Source: the human T2T-CHM13v2.0 reference genome, Homo sapiens. From it: a stretch of 64,000 nt of DNA. The notes below the pieces were generated by a model. The model saw only the letters and a list, made by a program, of their open reading frames with translations. It had not been told where the DNA came from and did no database searches. The position numbers and the translations under genes were made by a program. Location of the stretch: the NCBI RefSeq assembly GCF_009914755.1, contig NC_060932.1. One strand, given 5' to 3'. Below are positions 1-12,454 of this stretch, piece after piece (the stretch's first letter is position 1; each line of letters begins with the position of its first letter).

Positions 1-44
1 CTTTTTATAGAATCTGGAAGTGGATATTTGGAAAGCTTTTAGGA

Positions 45-61
45 TTTCGTTGGAAACGGGA
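45..61 (+). promoter_or_regulatory. CENP-B box, intact (recurs in each HOR)
   Basis: tttcgttggaaacggga matches NTTCGNNNNANNCGGGN. Confidence 0.95.
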
Positions 62-387
62 ATATCTTCAAATAAAATCTAGCCAGAAGCATTCTAAGAA
101 ACATCTTAGGGATGTGTACATTCAAGTCACAGAGTTGAACATTCCCCTTTCTCAGAGCAGGTTTGAAACAATCTTCTCGTACTATCTGGAAGTGGACATT
201 TTGAGCTCCTTGGGGCCTATGCTGAAAAAGGAAATATCTTCCGACAAAAACTAGACAGAAGCATTCGCAGAATCACGTTTGTGATGTGTGCACTCAACTG
301 TCAGAATTGAACCTTTGTTTGGACAGAGCACTTTTGAAACACTCTTTTTGTAGCATCTGCAGGTGGATATTTGGCTAGCTTTGAGGA

Positions 388-404
388 TTTCGTTGGAAAC
401 GGTA
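388..404 (+). promoter_or_regulatory. Degenerate CENP-B box (CGGG>CGGT), fixed in the HOR copies inspected
   Basis: tttcgttggaaacggta; the same ...aaacggtaa... is seen at this position in every unit inspected. Confidence 0.85.
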
Positions 405-728
405 ATGTCTTCAAAGAAAATCTAGACAGAAACATCCTCAGAAACACCTTCGTGATGTTTGCAATCAAGTCACAGAGTTGAACCTTCCGTTTCATAGAGC
501 AGGTTGGAAACACTCATTTTGTGGTATCTGCAAGTGGACATTTGGAGCGCTTTCAGGCCTATGGTGTAAAAGGATATATGTTCCCATAAAAGCGACATAG
601 AAGCTATCTCAGGAACTTGTTTATGATGCATCTAATCAACTAACAGTGTTGAACCTTTGTACTGACAGAGCAGTTTGAAACACTCTTTTTTTGGAATCTG
701 CAAGTGGATATTTGGATCGCTTTGAGGA

Positions 729-745
729 TTTCGTTGGAAACGGGA
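729..745 (+). promoter_or_regulatory. CENP-B box, intact (recurs in each HOR)
   Basis: tttcgttggaaacggga followed by tgcaatataaaacg. Confidence 0.95.
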
Positions 746-1066
746 TGCAATATAAAACGTACACAGCAGCATACTCAGAAAATACTTTGCCATATTTCCA
801 TTCAAGTCACAGAGTGGAACATTCCCATTCATAGAGCAGGTTTGAAACACTCTTTTTGGAGTATCTGGAAGTGGACATTTGGAGCGCTTTCTGAACTATG
901 GTGAAAAAGGAAATATGTTCCAATGAAAACAAGACAGAAGCATTCTGAGAAACTTATTTGTGATGCGTGTCCTCAACTAACGGACTCGAAGCTTTGGTTT
1001 CATGCAGTACTTCTGGAACACTCTTTTTGAAGATTCTGCATGCGGATATTTGGATAGCTTTGAGGA

Positions 1067-1083
1067 TTTCGTTGGAAACGGGC
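1067..1083 (+). promoter_or_regulatory. CENP-B box, intact core (recurs in each HOR)
   Basis: tttcgttggaaacgggc; all 9 core positions retained. Confidence 0.9.
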
Positions 1084-1404
1084 TTACATATAAAAATTAG
1101 ACAGCAGCATTCTCAGAAACTTCTTTGTGGTGTCTGCATTCAAGTCACAGAACTGAACATCCCCTCACATAGAGCAGTTGTGCAGCACTCTATTTGTAGT
1201 ATCTCGAAGTGGACATTTGGAGGGCTTTGTAGCCTATCTGGAAAAAGGAAATATCTTCCCATGAATGCGAGATAGAAGTAATCTCAGAAACATGTTTATG
1301 CTGTATCTACCCAACTAAGTGTGCTGAACATTTCTATTAATAGAGCAGTTTTGAGACACTCTTCTTTTCGAATCTGCAAGTGGATATTTGGCTAGATTTG
1401 AGGA

Positions 1405-1421
1405 TTTCGTTGGAAACGGGA
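1405..1421 (+). promoter_or_regulatory. CENP-B box, intact (recurs in each HOR)
   Basis: tttcgttggaaacggga followed by ttatatat. Confidence 0.95.
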
Positions 1422-3610
1422 TTATATATAAAAAGCAGACAGCAGCATTCTCAGAAACTTCTTTGTGATGTTTGCATCCAGCTCTCAGAGTTGAACATTC
1501 CGTTTCATAGAGTAGGTTTGAAACCCCCTTTTTATAGTGTCTGGAAGCGGGCATTTGGAGCGCTTTCAGGCCTATGCTGAAAAAGGAAATATCTACCTAC
1601 AGAAACTAGACAGAAGCATTCTGAGAATCACGTTTGTGATGTGGGTACTCAACTAACAGTGTTGATCCATTCTTTTGATACAGCAGTTTTGAACCACCCT
1701 TTTTGTAGAATCTGCAAGTGGATATTTGGATAGCTGTGAGGATTCGTTGGGAACGGGAATTTCTTCATAGAAAATTTAGACAGAAGCATTCTCAGAACCT
1801 GGATTGTGATGTGTGTTCTCCACTAACAGAGTTGAACCTTTCTTTTGACAGAACTGTTTTGAAACATTCTTTTTATAGAATCTGGAAGTGGATATTTGGA
1901 AAGCTTTGAGGATTTCGTTGGAAACGGGAATATCTTCAAATAAAATCTAGCCAGAAGCATTCTAAGAAACATCTTAGGGATGTGTACATTCAAGTCACAG
2001 AGTTGAACATTCCCCTTTCTCAGAGCAGGTTTGAAACAATCTTCTCGTACTATCTGGCAGTGGACATTTTGAGCTCCTTGGGGCCTATGCTGAAAAAGGA
2101 AATATCTTCCGACAAAAACTAGACAGAAGCATTCGCAGAATCACGTTTGTGATGTGTGCACTCAACTGTCAGAATTGAACCTTTGTTTGGACAGAGCACT
2201 TTTGAAACACTCTTTTTGTAGAATCTGCAGGTGGATATTTGGCTAGCTTTGAGGATTTCGTTGGAAACGGTAATGTCTTCAAAGAAAATCTAGACAGAAA
2301 CATCCTCAGAAACACCTTCGTGATGTTTGCAATCAAGTCACAGAGTTGAACCTTCCGTTTCATAGAGCAGGTTGGAAACACTCATTTTGTAGTATCTGGA
2401 AGTGGACATTTGGAGCGCTTTCAGGCCTATGGTGTAAAAGGAAATATCTTCCCATAAAAGCGACATAGAAGCTATCTCAGGAACTTGTTTATGATGCATC
2501 TAATCAACTAACAGTGTTGAACCTTTGTACTGACAGAGCAGTTTGAAACACTCTTTTTTTGGAATCTGCAAGTGGATATTTGGATCGCTTTGAGGATTTC
2601 GTTGGAAACTGGATGCAATATAAAACGTACACAGCAGCATACTCAGAAAATACTTTGCCATATTTCCATTCAAGTCACAGAGTGGAACATTCCCATTCAT
2701 AGAGCAGGTTTGAAACACTCTTTTTAGAGTATCTGGAAGTGGACATTTGGAGCGCTTTCTGAACTATGGTGAAAAAGGAAATATCTTCCAATGAAAACAA
2801 GACAGAAGCATTCTGAGAAACTTATTTGTGATGCGTGTCCTCAACTAACGGACTCGAACCTTTCGTTTCATGCAGTACTTCTGGAACACTCTTTTTGAAG
2901 ATTCTGCATGCGGATATTTGGATAGCTGTGAGGATTTCGTTGGAAACGGGCTTACATATAAAAATTAGACAGCAGCATTCTCAGAAACTTCTTTGTGGTG
3001 TCTGCATTCAAGTCACAGAATTGAACATCCCCTCACATAGAGCAGTTGTGCAGCACTCTATTTGTAGTATCTCGAAGTGGACATTTGGAGGGCTTTGTAG
3101 CCTATCTGGAAAAAGGAAATATCTTCCCATGAATGCGAGATAGAAGTAATCTCAGAAACATGTTTATGCTGTATCTACTAAACTAACTGTGCTGAACATT
3201 TCTATTGATAGAGCAGTTTTGAGACACTCTTCTTTTGGAATCTGCAAGTGGATATTTGGATAGATTTGAGGATTTCGTTGGAAACGTGATTACATATAAA
3301 ATGCAGACAGCAGCATTCTCAGAAACTTCTTTGTGATGTTTGCATCCAGCTCTCAGAGTTGAACATTCCCTTTCATAGAGTAGGTTTGAAACCCCCTTTT
3401 TATAGTGTCTGGAAGCGGGCATTTGGAGCGCTTTCAGGCCTATGCTGAAAAAGGAAATATCTACCTACAGAAACTAGACAGAAGCATTCTGAGAATCACG
3501 TTTGTGATGTGGGTACTCAACTAACAGTGTTGATCCATTCTTTTGATACAGCAGTTTAGAACCACCCTTTTTGTAGAATCTGCAAGTGGATATTTGGATA
3601 GCTGTGAGGA

Positions 3611-3798
3611 TTTCGTTGGAAACGGGAATGTCTTCATAGAAAATTTAGACAGAAGCATTCTCAGAACCTGGATTGTGATGTGTGTTCTCCACTAACAGAG
3701 TTGAACCTTTCTTTTGACAGAACTGTTTTGAAACATTCTTTTTATAGAATCTGGAAGTGGATATTTGGAAAGCTTTGAGGATTTCGTTGGAAACGGGA
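3611..3798 (+). promoter_or_regulatory. Pair of CENP-B boxes in adjacent monomers (171 bp apart), the B-B junction of the 11-mer
   Basis: tttcgttggaaacgggaatgtc at 3611 and tttcgttggaaacgggaatatc at 3782. Confidence 0.9.
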
Positions 3799-6700
3799 AT
3801 ATCTTCAAATAAAATCTAGCCAGAAGCATTCTAAGAAACATCTTAGGGATGTTTACATTCAAGTCACAGAGTTGAACATTCCCCTTTCTCAGAGCAGGTT
3901 TGAAACAATCTTCTCGTACTATCTGGCAGTGGACATTTTGAGCTCCTTGGGGCCTATGCTGAAAAAGGAAATATCTTCCGACAAAAACTAGACAGAAGCA
4001 TTTGCAGAATCACGTTTGTGATGTGTGCACTCAACTGTCAGAATTGAACCTTTGTTTGGACAGAGCACTTTTGAGACACTCTTTTCGTAGGATCTGCAGG
4101 TGGATATTTGGCTAGCTTTGAGGATTTCGTTGGAAACGGTAATGTCTTCAAAGAAAATCTAGACAGAAACATCCTCAGAAACACCTTCGTGATGTTTGCA
4201 ATCAAGTCACAGAGTTGAACCTTCCGTTTCATAGAGCAGGTTGGAAACACTCATTTTGTAGTATCTGGAAGTGGACATTTGGAGCGCTTTCAGGCCTATG
4301 GTGTAAAAGGCAATATCTTCCCATAAAAGCGACATAGAAGCTATCTCAGGAACTTGTTTATGATGCCTCTAATCAACTAACAGTGTTGAACCTTTGTACT
4401 GACAGAGCAGTTTGAAACACTCTTTTTTTGGAATCTGCAAGTGGATATTTGGATCGCTTTGAGGATTTCGTTGGAAACGGGATGCAATATAAAACGTACA
4501 CAGCAGCATACTCAGAAAATACTTTGCCATATTTCCATTAAAGTCACAGAGTGGAACATTCCCATTCATAGAGCAGGTTTGAAACACTCTTTTTGGAGTA
4601 TCTGGAAGTGGACATTTGGAGCGCTTTCTGAACTATGGTGTAAAAGGAAATATCTTCCAATGAAAACAAGACAGAAGCATTCTGAGAAACTTATTTGTGA
4701 TGCGTGTCCTCAACTAACGGACTCGAAGCTTTCGTTTCATGCAGTACTTCTGGAACACTCTTTTTGAAGATTCTGCATGCGGATATTTGGTTAGCATTGA
4801 GGATTTCGTTGGAAACGGGCTTACATATAAAAATTAGACAGCAGCATTCTCAGAAACTTCTTTGTGGTGTCTGCATTCAAGTCACAGAATTGAACATCCC
4901 CTCACATAGAGCAGTTGTGCAGCACTCTATTTTTAGTATCTCGAAGTGGACATTTGGAGGGCTTTGTAGCCTATCTGGAAAAAGGAAATATCTTCCCATG
5001 AATGCGAGATAGAAGTAATCTCAGAAACATGTTTATGCTGTATCTACTCAACTAACTGTGCTGAACATTTCTATTGATAGAGCAGTTTTGAGACACTCTT
5101 CTTTTGGAATCTGCAAGTGGATATTTGGCTAGATTTGAGGATTTCGTTGGAAACGGGATTATATATAAAAAGTAGACAGCAGCATTCTCAGAAACTTCTT
5201 TGTGATGTTTGCATCCAGCTCTCAGAGTTGAACATTCCCTTTCATAGAGTAGGCTTGAAACCCCCTTTTTATAGTGTCTGGAAGCGGGCTTTTGTAGCGC
5301 TTTCAGGCCTGTGCTGAAAAAGGAAATATCTACCTACAGAAACTAGACAGAAGCATTCTGAGAATCACGTTTGTGATGTGGGTACTCAACTAACAGTGTT
5401 GATCCATTCTTTTGATACAGCAGTTTAGAACCACCCTTTTTGTAGAATCTGCAAGTGGATATTTGGATAGCTGTGAGGATTTCGTTGGAAACGGGAATGT
5501 CTTCATAGAAAATTTAGACAGAAGCATTCTCAGAACCTGGATTGTGATGTGTGTTCTCCACTAACAGAGTTGAACCTTTCTTTTGACAGAACTGTTTTGA
5601 AACATTCTTTTTATAGAATCTGGAAGTGGATATTTGGAAAGCTTTGAGGATTTCGTTGGAAACGGGAATATCTTCAAATAAAATCTAGCCAGAAGCATTC
5701 TAAGAAACATCTTAGGGATGTGTACATTCAAGTCACAGAGTTGAACATTCCCCTTTCTCAGAGCAGGTTTGAAACAATCTTCTCGTACTATCTGGCAGTG
5801 GACATTTTGAGCTCCTTGGGGCCTATGCTGAAAAAGGAAATATCTTTCGACAAAAACTAGACAGAAGCATTCGCAGAATCACGTTTGTGATGTGTGCACT
5901 CAACTGTCAGAATTGAACCTTTGTTTGGACAGAGCACTTTTGAAACACTCTTTTTGTAGGATCTGCAGGTGGATATTTGGCTACCTTTGAGGATTTCGTT
6001 GGAAACGGTAATGTCTTCAAAGAAAATCTAGACAGAAACATCCTCAGAAACAACTTCGTGATGTTTGCAATCAAGTCACAGAGTTGAACCTTCCGTTTCA
6101 TAGAGCAGGTTGGAAACACTCATTTTGTAGTATCTGGAAGTGGACATTTGGAGCGCTTTCAGGCCTATGGTGTAAAAGGAAATATCTTCCCATAAAAGCG
6201 ACTTAGAAGCTATCTAAGGAACTTGTTTATGATGCATCTAATCAACTAACAGTGTTGAACCTTTGTACTGACAGAGCAGTTTGAAACACTCTTTTTTTGG
6301 AATCTGCAAGTGGATATTTGGATCGCTTTGAGGATTTCGTTGGAAACTGGATGCAATATAAAACGTACACAGCAGCATACTCAGAAAATACTTTGCCATA
6401 TTTCCATTCAAGTCACAGAGTGGAACATTCCCATTCATAGAGCAGGTTTGAAACACTCTTTTTGGAGTCTCTGGAAGTGGACATTTGGAGCGCTTTCTGA
6501 ACTATGGTGAAAAAGGAAATATCTTCCAATGAAAACAAGACAGAAGCATTCTGAGAAACTTATTTGTGATGCGTGTCCTCAACTAACGGACTCGAAGCTT
6601 TCGTTTCATGCAGTACTTCTGGAACACTCTTTTTGAAGATTCTGCATGCGGATATTTGGTTAGCTTTGAGGATTTCGTTGGAAACGGGCTTACATATAAA

Positions 6701-7538
6701 AATTAGACAGGAGCATTCTCAGAAACTTCTTTGTGGTGTCTGCATTCAAGTCACAGAATCGAACATCCCCTCACATAGAGCAGTTGTACAGCACTCTATT
6801 TGTAGTATCTCGAAGTGGACATTTGGAGGGCTTTGTAGCCTATCTGGAAAAAGGAAATATCTTCCCATGAATGCGAGATAGAAGTAATCTCAGAAACATG
6901 TTTATGCTGTATCTACTCAACTAACTGTGCTGAACATTTCTATTGATAGAGCAGTTTTGAGACACTCTTCTTTTGGAATCTGCAAGTGGATATTTGGCTA
7001 GATTTGAGGATTTCGTTGGAAACGGGATTATATATCAAAGGTAGACAGCAGCATTCTCAGAAACTTCTTTGTGATGTTTGCATCCAGCTCTCAGAGTTGA
7101 ACATTCCCTTTCACAGAGTAGGTTTGAAACCCCCTTTTTATAGTGTCTGGAAGCGGGCATTTGGAACGCTTTCAGGCCTATGCTGAAAAAGGAAATATCT
7201 ACCTTCAGAAACTACACAGAAGCATTCTGAGAATCACGTTTGTGATGTGGGTACTCAACTAACAGTGTTGATCCATTCTTTTGATACAGCAGTTTTGAAC
7301 CACCCTTTTTGTAGAATCTGCAAGAGGATATTTGGATAGCTGTGAGGATTTAGTTGGAAACGGGAATGTCTTCATAGAAAATTTAGACAGAAGCATTCTC
7401 AGAACCTGGATTGTGATGTGTGTTCTCCACTAACAGAGTTGAACCTTTCTTTTGACAGAACTGTTTTGAAACATTCTTTGTATAGAATCTGGAAGTGGAT
7501 ATTTGGAAAGCTTTGAGGAATTCGTTGGAAACGGGAAT

Positions 7539-7651
7539 GTCTTCATAGAAAATTTAGACAGAAGCATTCTCAGAACCTGGATTGTGATGTGTGTATAGAA
7601 TCTGGAAGTGGATATTTGGAAAGCTTTGAGGATTTCGTTGGAAACGGGAAT
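7539..7651 (+). repeat. 113-bp insertion: extra monomer carrying a 58-bp deletion (HOR variant ~1981 bp)
   Basis: After ...gaattcgttggaaacgggaat the preceding monomer restarts (gtcttcatagaaaattt...gatgtgtgt|atagaatc); ORF spacing 6238->8219 = 1981. Confidence 0.93.
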
Positions 7652-10600
7652 ATCTTCAAATAAAATCTAGCCAGAAGCATTCTAAGAAACATCTTAGGGA
7701 TGTGTACATTCAAGTCACAGAGTTGAAAATTCCCCTTTCTCAGAGCAGGTTTGAAACAATCTTCTCGTACTATCTGGAAGTGGACATTTTGAGCTCCTTG
7801 GGGCTATGCTGAAAAAGGAAATATCTTCCGACAAAAAGTAGACAGAAGCATTCGCAGAATCACGTTTGTGATGTGTGCACTCAACTGTCAGAATTGAACC
7901 TTTGTTTCGACAGAGCACCTATGAAACACTCTTTTTGTAGAATCTGCAGGTGGATATTTGGCTAGCTTTGAGGATTTCGTTGGAAACGGTAATGTCTTCA
8001 AAGAAAATCAAGACAGAAACATCCTCAGAAACACCTTCGTGATGTTTGCAATCAAGTCACAGAGTTGAACCTTCCGTTTCATAGAGCAGGTTGGAAACAC
8101 TCATTTTGTAGTATCTGGAAGTGGACATTTGGAGCGCTTTCAGGCCTATGGTGTAAAAGGAAATATGTTCCCATAAAAACGACATAGAATCTATATCAGG
8201 AACTTGTTTATGATGCATCTAATCAACTAACAGTGTTGAACCTTTGTACTGACAGAGCAGTTTGAAACACTCTTTTTTTGGAATCTGCAAGTGGATATTT
8301 GGATCGCTTTGAGGATTTCGTTGGAAACGGGATGCAATATAAAACGTACACAGCAGCATACCCAGAAAATACTTTGCCATATTTCCATTCAAGTCACAGA
8401 GTGGAACATTCCCATTCATAGAGCAGGTTGGAAACACTCTTTTTGGAGTATCTGGAAGTGGACATTTGGAGCGCTTTCTGAACTATGGTGAAAAAGGAAA
8501 TATCTTCCAATGAATACAAGACACAAGCATTCTGAGAAACTTATTTGTGATGCGTGTCCTCAACTAACGGACTCGAAGCTTTCGTTTCATGCAGTACTTC
8601 TGGAACACTCTTTTTGAAGATTCTGCATGCAGATATTTGGTTAGCTTTGAGGATATCGTTGGAAACGGGCTTACATATAAAAATTAGACAGCAGCATTCT
8701 CAGAAACTTCTTTGTGGTGTCTGCATTCAAGTCACAGAATTGAACATCCCCTCACATAGAGCAGTTGTGCAGCACTCTATTTTTAGTATCTCGAAGTGGA
8801 CATTTGGAGGGCTTTGTAGCCTATCTGGATAAAGGAAATATCTTCCCATGAATGCGAGATGGAAGTAATCTCAGAAACATGTTTATGCTGTATCTACACA
8901 ACTAACTGTGCTGAACATTTCTATTGATAGAGCAGTTTTGAGACACTCTTCTTTTGGAATCTGCAAGTGGATATTTGGCTAGATTTGAGGATTTCGTTGG
9001 AAACGGGATTATATATCAAAAGTAGACAGCAGCATTCTCAGAAACTTCTTTGTGATGTTTGCATCCAGCTCTCAGAGTTGAACATTCCGTTTCATAGAGT
9101 AGGTTTGAAACCCCCTTTTTATAGTGTCTGGAAGCGGGCATTTGGAGCGCTTTCAGGTCTGTGCTGAAAAAGGAAATATCTACCTACAGAAACTAGACAG
9201 AAGCATTCTGAGAATCACGTTTTTGATGTGGGTACTCAACTAACAGTGTTGATCCATTCTATTGATACAGCAGTTTTGAACCACCCTTTTTGTAGAATCT
9301 GCAAGTGGATATTTGGATAGCTGTGAGGATTTCGTTGGAAACGGGAATGTCTTCATAGAAAATTTAGACAGAAGCATTCTCAGAACCTGGATTGTGATGT
9401 GTGTTCTCCACTAACAGAGTTGAACCTTTCTTTGGACAGAACTGTTTTGAAACATTCTTTTTATAGAATCTGTAAGTGGATAGTTGGAAAGCTTTGAGGA
9501 TTTCGTTGGAAACGGGAATATCTTCAAGTAAAATCTAGCCAGAAGCATTCTAAGAAACATCTTAGGGATGTGTACATTCAAGTCACAGAGTTGAACATTC
9601 CCCTTTCTCAGAGCAGGTTTGAAACAATCTTCTCGTACTATCTGGCAGTGGACATTTTGAGCTCCTTGGGGCCTATGCTGAAAAAGGAAATATCTTCCGA
9701 CAAAAACTAGACAGAAGCATTCGCAGAATCACGTTTGTGATGTGTGCACTCAACTGTCAGAATTGAACCTTTGTTTGGACAGAGCACTTTTGAAACACTC
9801 TTTTTGTAGGATCTGCAGGTGGATATTTGGCTAGCTTTGAGGATTTCGTTGGAAACGGTAATGTCTTCAAAGAAAATCTAGACAGAAACATCCTCAGAAA
9901 CACCTTCGTGATGTTTGCAATCAAGTCACAGAGTTGAACCTTCCGTTTCATAGAGCAGGTTGGAAACACTCATTTTGTAGTGTCTAGAAGTGGACATTTG
10001 GAGCGCTTTCAGGCCTATGCTGTAAAAGGAAATATCTTCCCATAAAAGCGACATAGAAGCTATCTCAGGAACTTGTTTATGATGCCTCTAATCAACTAAC
10101 AGTGTTGAACCTTTGTACTGACAGAGCAGTTTGAAACACTCTTTTTTTGGAATCTGCAAGTGGATATTTGGATCGCTTTGAGGATTTCGTTGGAAACGGG
10201 ATGCAATATAAAACGTACACAGCAGCATACTCAGAAAATACTTTGCCATATTTCCATTCAAGTCACAGAGTGGAACATTCCCATTCATAGAGCAGGTTTG
10301 AAACACTCTTTTTGGAGTATCTGGAAGTGGACATTTGGAGTGCTTTCTGAACTATGGTGAAAAGGGAAATATGTTCCAATGAAAACAAGACAGAAGCATT
10401 CTGAGAAAGTTATTTGTGATGCGTGTCCTCAACTAACGGACTCGAAGCTTTCGTTTCATGCAGTACTTCTGGAACACTCTTTTTGAAGATTCTGCATGCG
10501 GATATTTGGTTAGCTTTGAGGATTTCATTGGAAACGGGCTTACATATAAAAATTAGACAGCAGCATTCTCAGAAACTTCTTTGTGGTGTCTGCATTCAAG

Positions 10601-12454
10601 TCACAGAATTGAACATCCCCTCACATAGAGCAGTTGTGAAGCACTCTATTTGTAGTATCTCGAAGTGGACATTTGGAGGGCTTTGTAGCCTATCTGGAAA
10701 AAGGAAATATCTTTCCATGAATGCGAGATAGAAGTAATCTCAGAAACATGTTTATGCTGTATCTACTCAACTAACTGTGCTGAACATTTCTATTGATAGA
10801 GCAGTTTTGAGACACTCTTCTTTTGGAATCTGCAAGTGGATATTTGGCTAGATTTGAGGATTTCGTTGGAAACGGGATTATATATCAAAGGTAGACAGCA
10901 GCATTCTCAGAAACTTCTTTGTGATGTTTGCATCCAGCTCTCAGAGTTGAACATTCCCTTTCATAGAGTAGGTTTGAAACCCTCTTTTTATAGTGTCTGG
11001 AAGCGGGCATTTGGAGCGCTTTCAGGCCTATGCTGAAAAAGGAAATATCTACCTACAGAAACTAGACAGAAGCATTCTGAGAATCACGTTTGTGATGTGG
11101 GTACTCAACTAACAGTGTTGATCCATTCTTTTGGTACAGCAGTTTTGAACCACCCTTTTTGTAGAATCTGCAAGTGGATATTTGGATAGCTGTGAGGATT
11201 TCGTTGGAAACGGGAATGTCTTCATAGAAAATTTAGACAGAAGCATTCTCAGAACCTGGATTGTGATGTGTGTTCTCCACTAACAGAGTTGAACCTTTCT
11301 TTGGACAGAACTGTTTTGAAACATTCTTTTTATAGAATCTGGAAGTGGATATTTGGAAAGCTTTGAGGAATTCGTTGGAAACGGGAATATCTTCAAATAA
11401 AATCTAGCCAGAAGCATTCTAAGAAACATCTTAGGGATGTTTACATTCAAGTCACAGAGTTGAACATTCCCCTTTCTCAGAGCAGGTTTGAAACAATCTT
11501 CTCGTACTATCTGGCAGTGGACATTTTGAGCTCCTTGGGGCCTATGCTGAAAAAGGAAATATCTTCCGACAAAAACTAGACAGAAGCATTCGCAGAATCA
11601 CGTTTGTGATGTGTGCACTCAACTGTCAGAATTGAACCTTTGTTTGGACAGAGCACTTTTGAAACACTCTTTTTGTAGAATCTGCAGGTGGATATTTGGC
11701 TAGCTTTGAGGATTTCGTTGGAAACGGTAATGTCTTCAAAGAAAATCTAGACAGAAACATCCTCAGAAACACCTTCGTGATGTTTGCAATCAAGTCACAG
11801 AGTTGAACCTTCCGTTTCATAGAGCAGGTTGGAAACACTCATTTTGTAGTATCTGGAAGTGGACATTTGGAGCGCTTTCAGGCCTATGGTGTAAAAGGAA
11901 ATATCTTCCCATAAAAGCGACATAGAAGCTATCTCAGGAACTTGTTTATGATGCATGTAATCAACTAACAGTGTTGAACCTTTGTACTGACAGAGCAGTT
12001 TGAAACACTCTTTTTTTGGAATCTGCAAGTGGATATTTGGATCGCTTTGAGGATTTCGTTGGAAACGGGATGCAATATAAAACGTACACAGCAGCATACT
12101 CAGAAAATACTTTGCCATATTTCCATTCAAGTCACAGAGTGGAACATTCCCATTCATAGAGCAGGTTTGAAACACTCTTTTTGGAGTCTCTGGAAGTGGA
12201 CATTTGGAGCGCTTACTGAACTATGGTGAAAAAGGAAATATCTTCCAATGAAAACAAGACAGAAGCATTCTGAGAAAATTATTTGTGATGCGTGTCCTCA
12301 ACTAACGGACTCAAACCTTTCGTTTCATGCAGTACTTCTGGAACACTCTTTTTGAAGATTCTGCACGCGGATATTTGGTTAGCTTTGAGGATTTCGTTGG
12401 AAACGGGCTTACATATAAAAATTAGACAGCAGCATTCTCAGAAACTACTTTGTG

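Larger units (their letters stand above)
45..1912 (+). repeat. One representative 11-mer HOR unit; SF2-type dimeric, probably human chromosome 8 D8Z2 (S2C8H1L)
   Basis: B-box sites at 45, 388, 729, 1067, 1405, ~1742, then 1913 (next unit): five ~340-bp dimers plus one 171-bp monomer. 1868 bp matches the D8Z2 length as I recall it; other SF2 11-mers (D13Z1/D21Z1, D15Z3) are not excluded by alignment. Confidence 0.7.

Noticed and set aside
745-760. TATA-like motifs (tataaaa, tatatataaaa) downstream of CENP-B boxes as promoters
   Set aside because: AT-rich monomer sequence repeated in every HOR; alphoid transcription is known, but nothing here defines a start site.
11795-12175. Longest ORF (126 aa), repeated at 36481-36861
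   Set aside because: Produced by one SNP (gcatctaat>gcatgtaat) removing a stop; its recurrence only reflects the 24686-bp block duplication.
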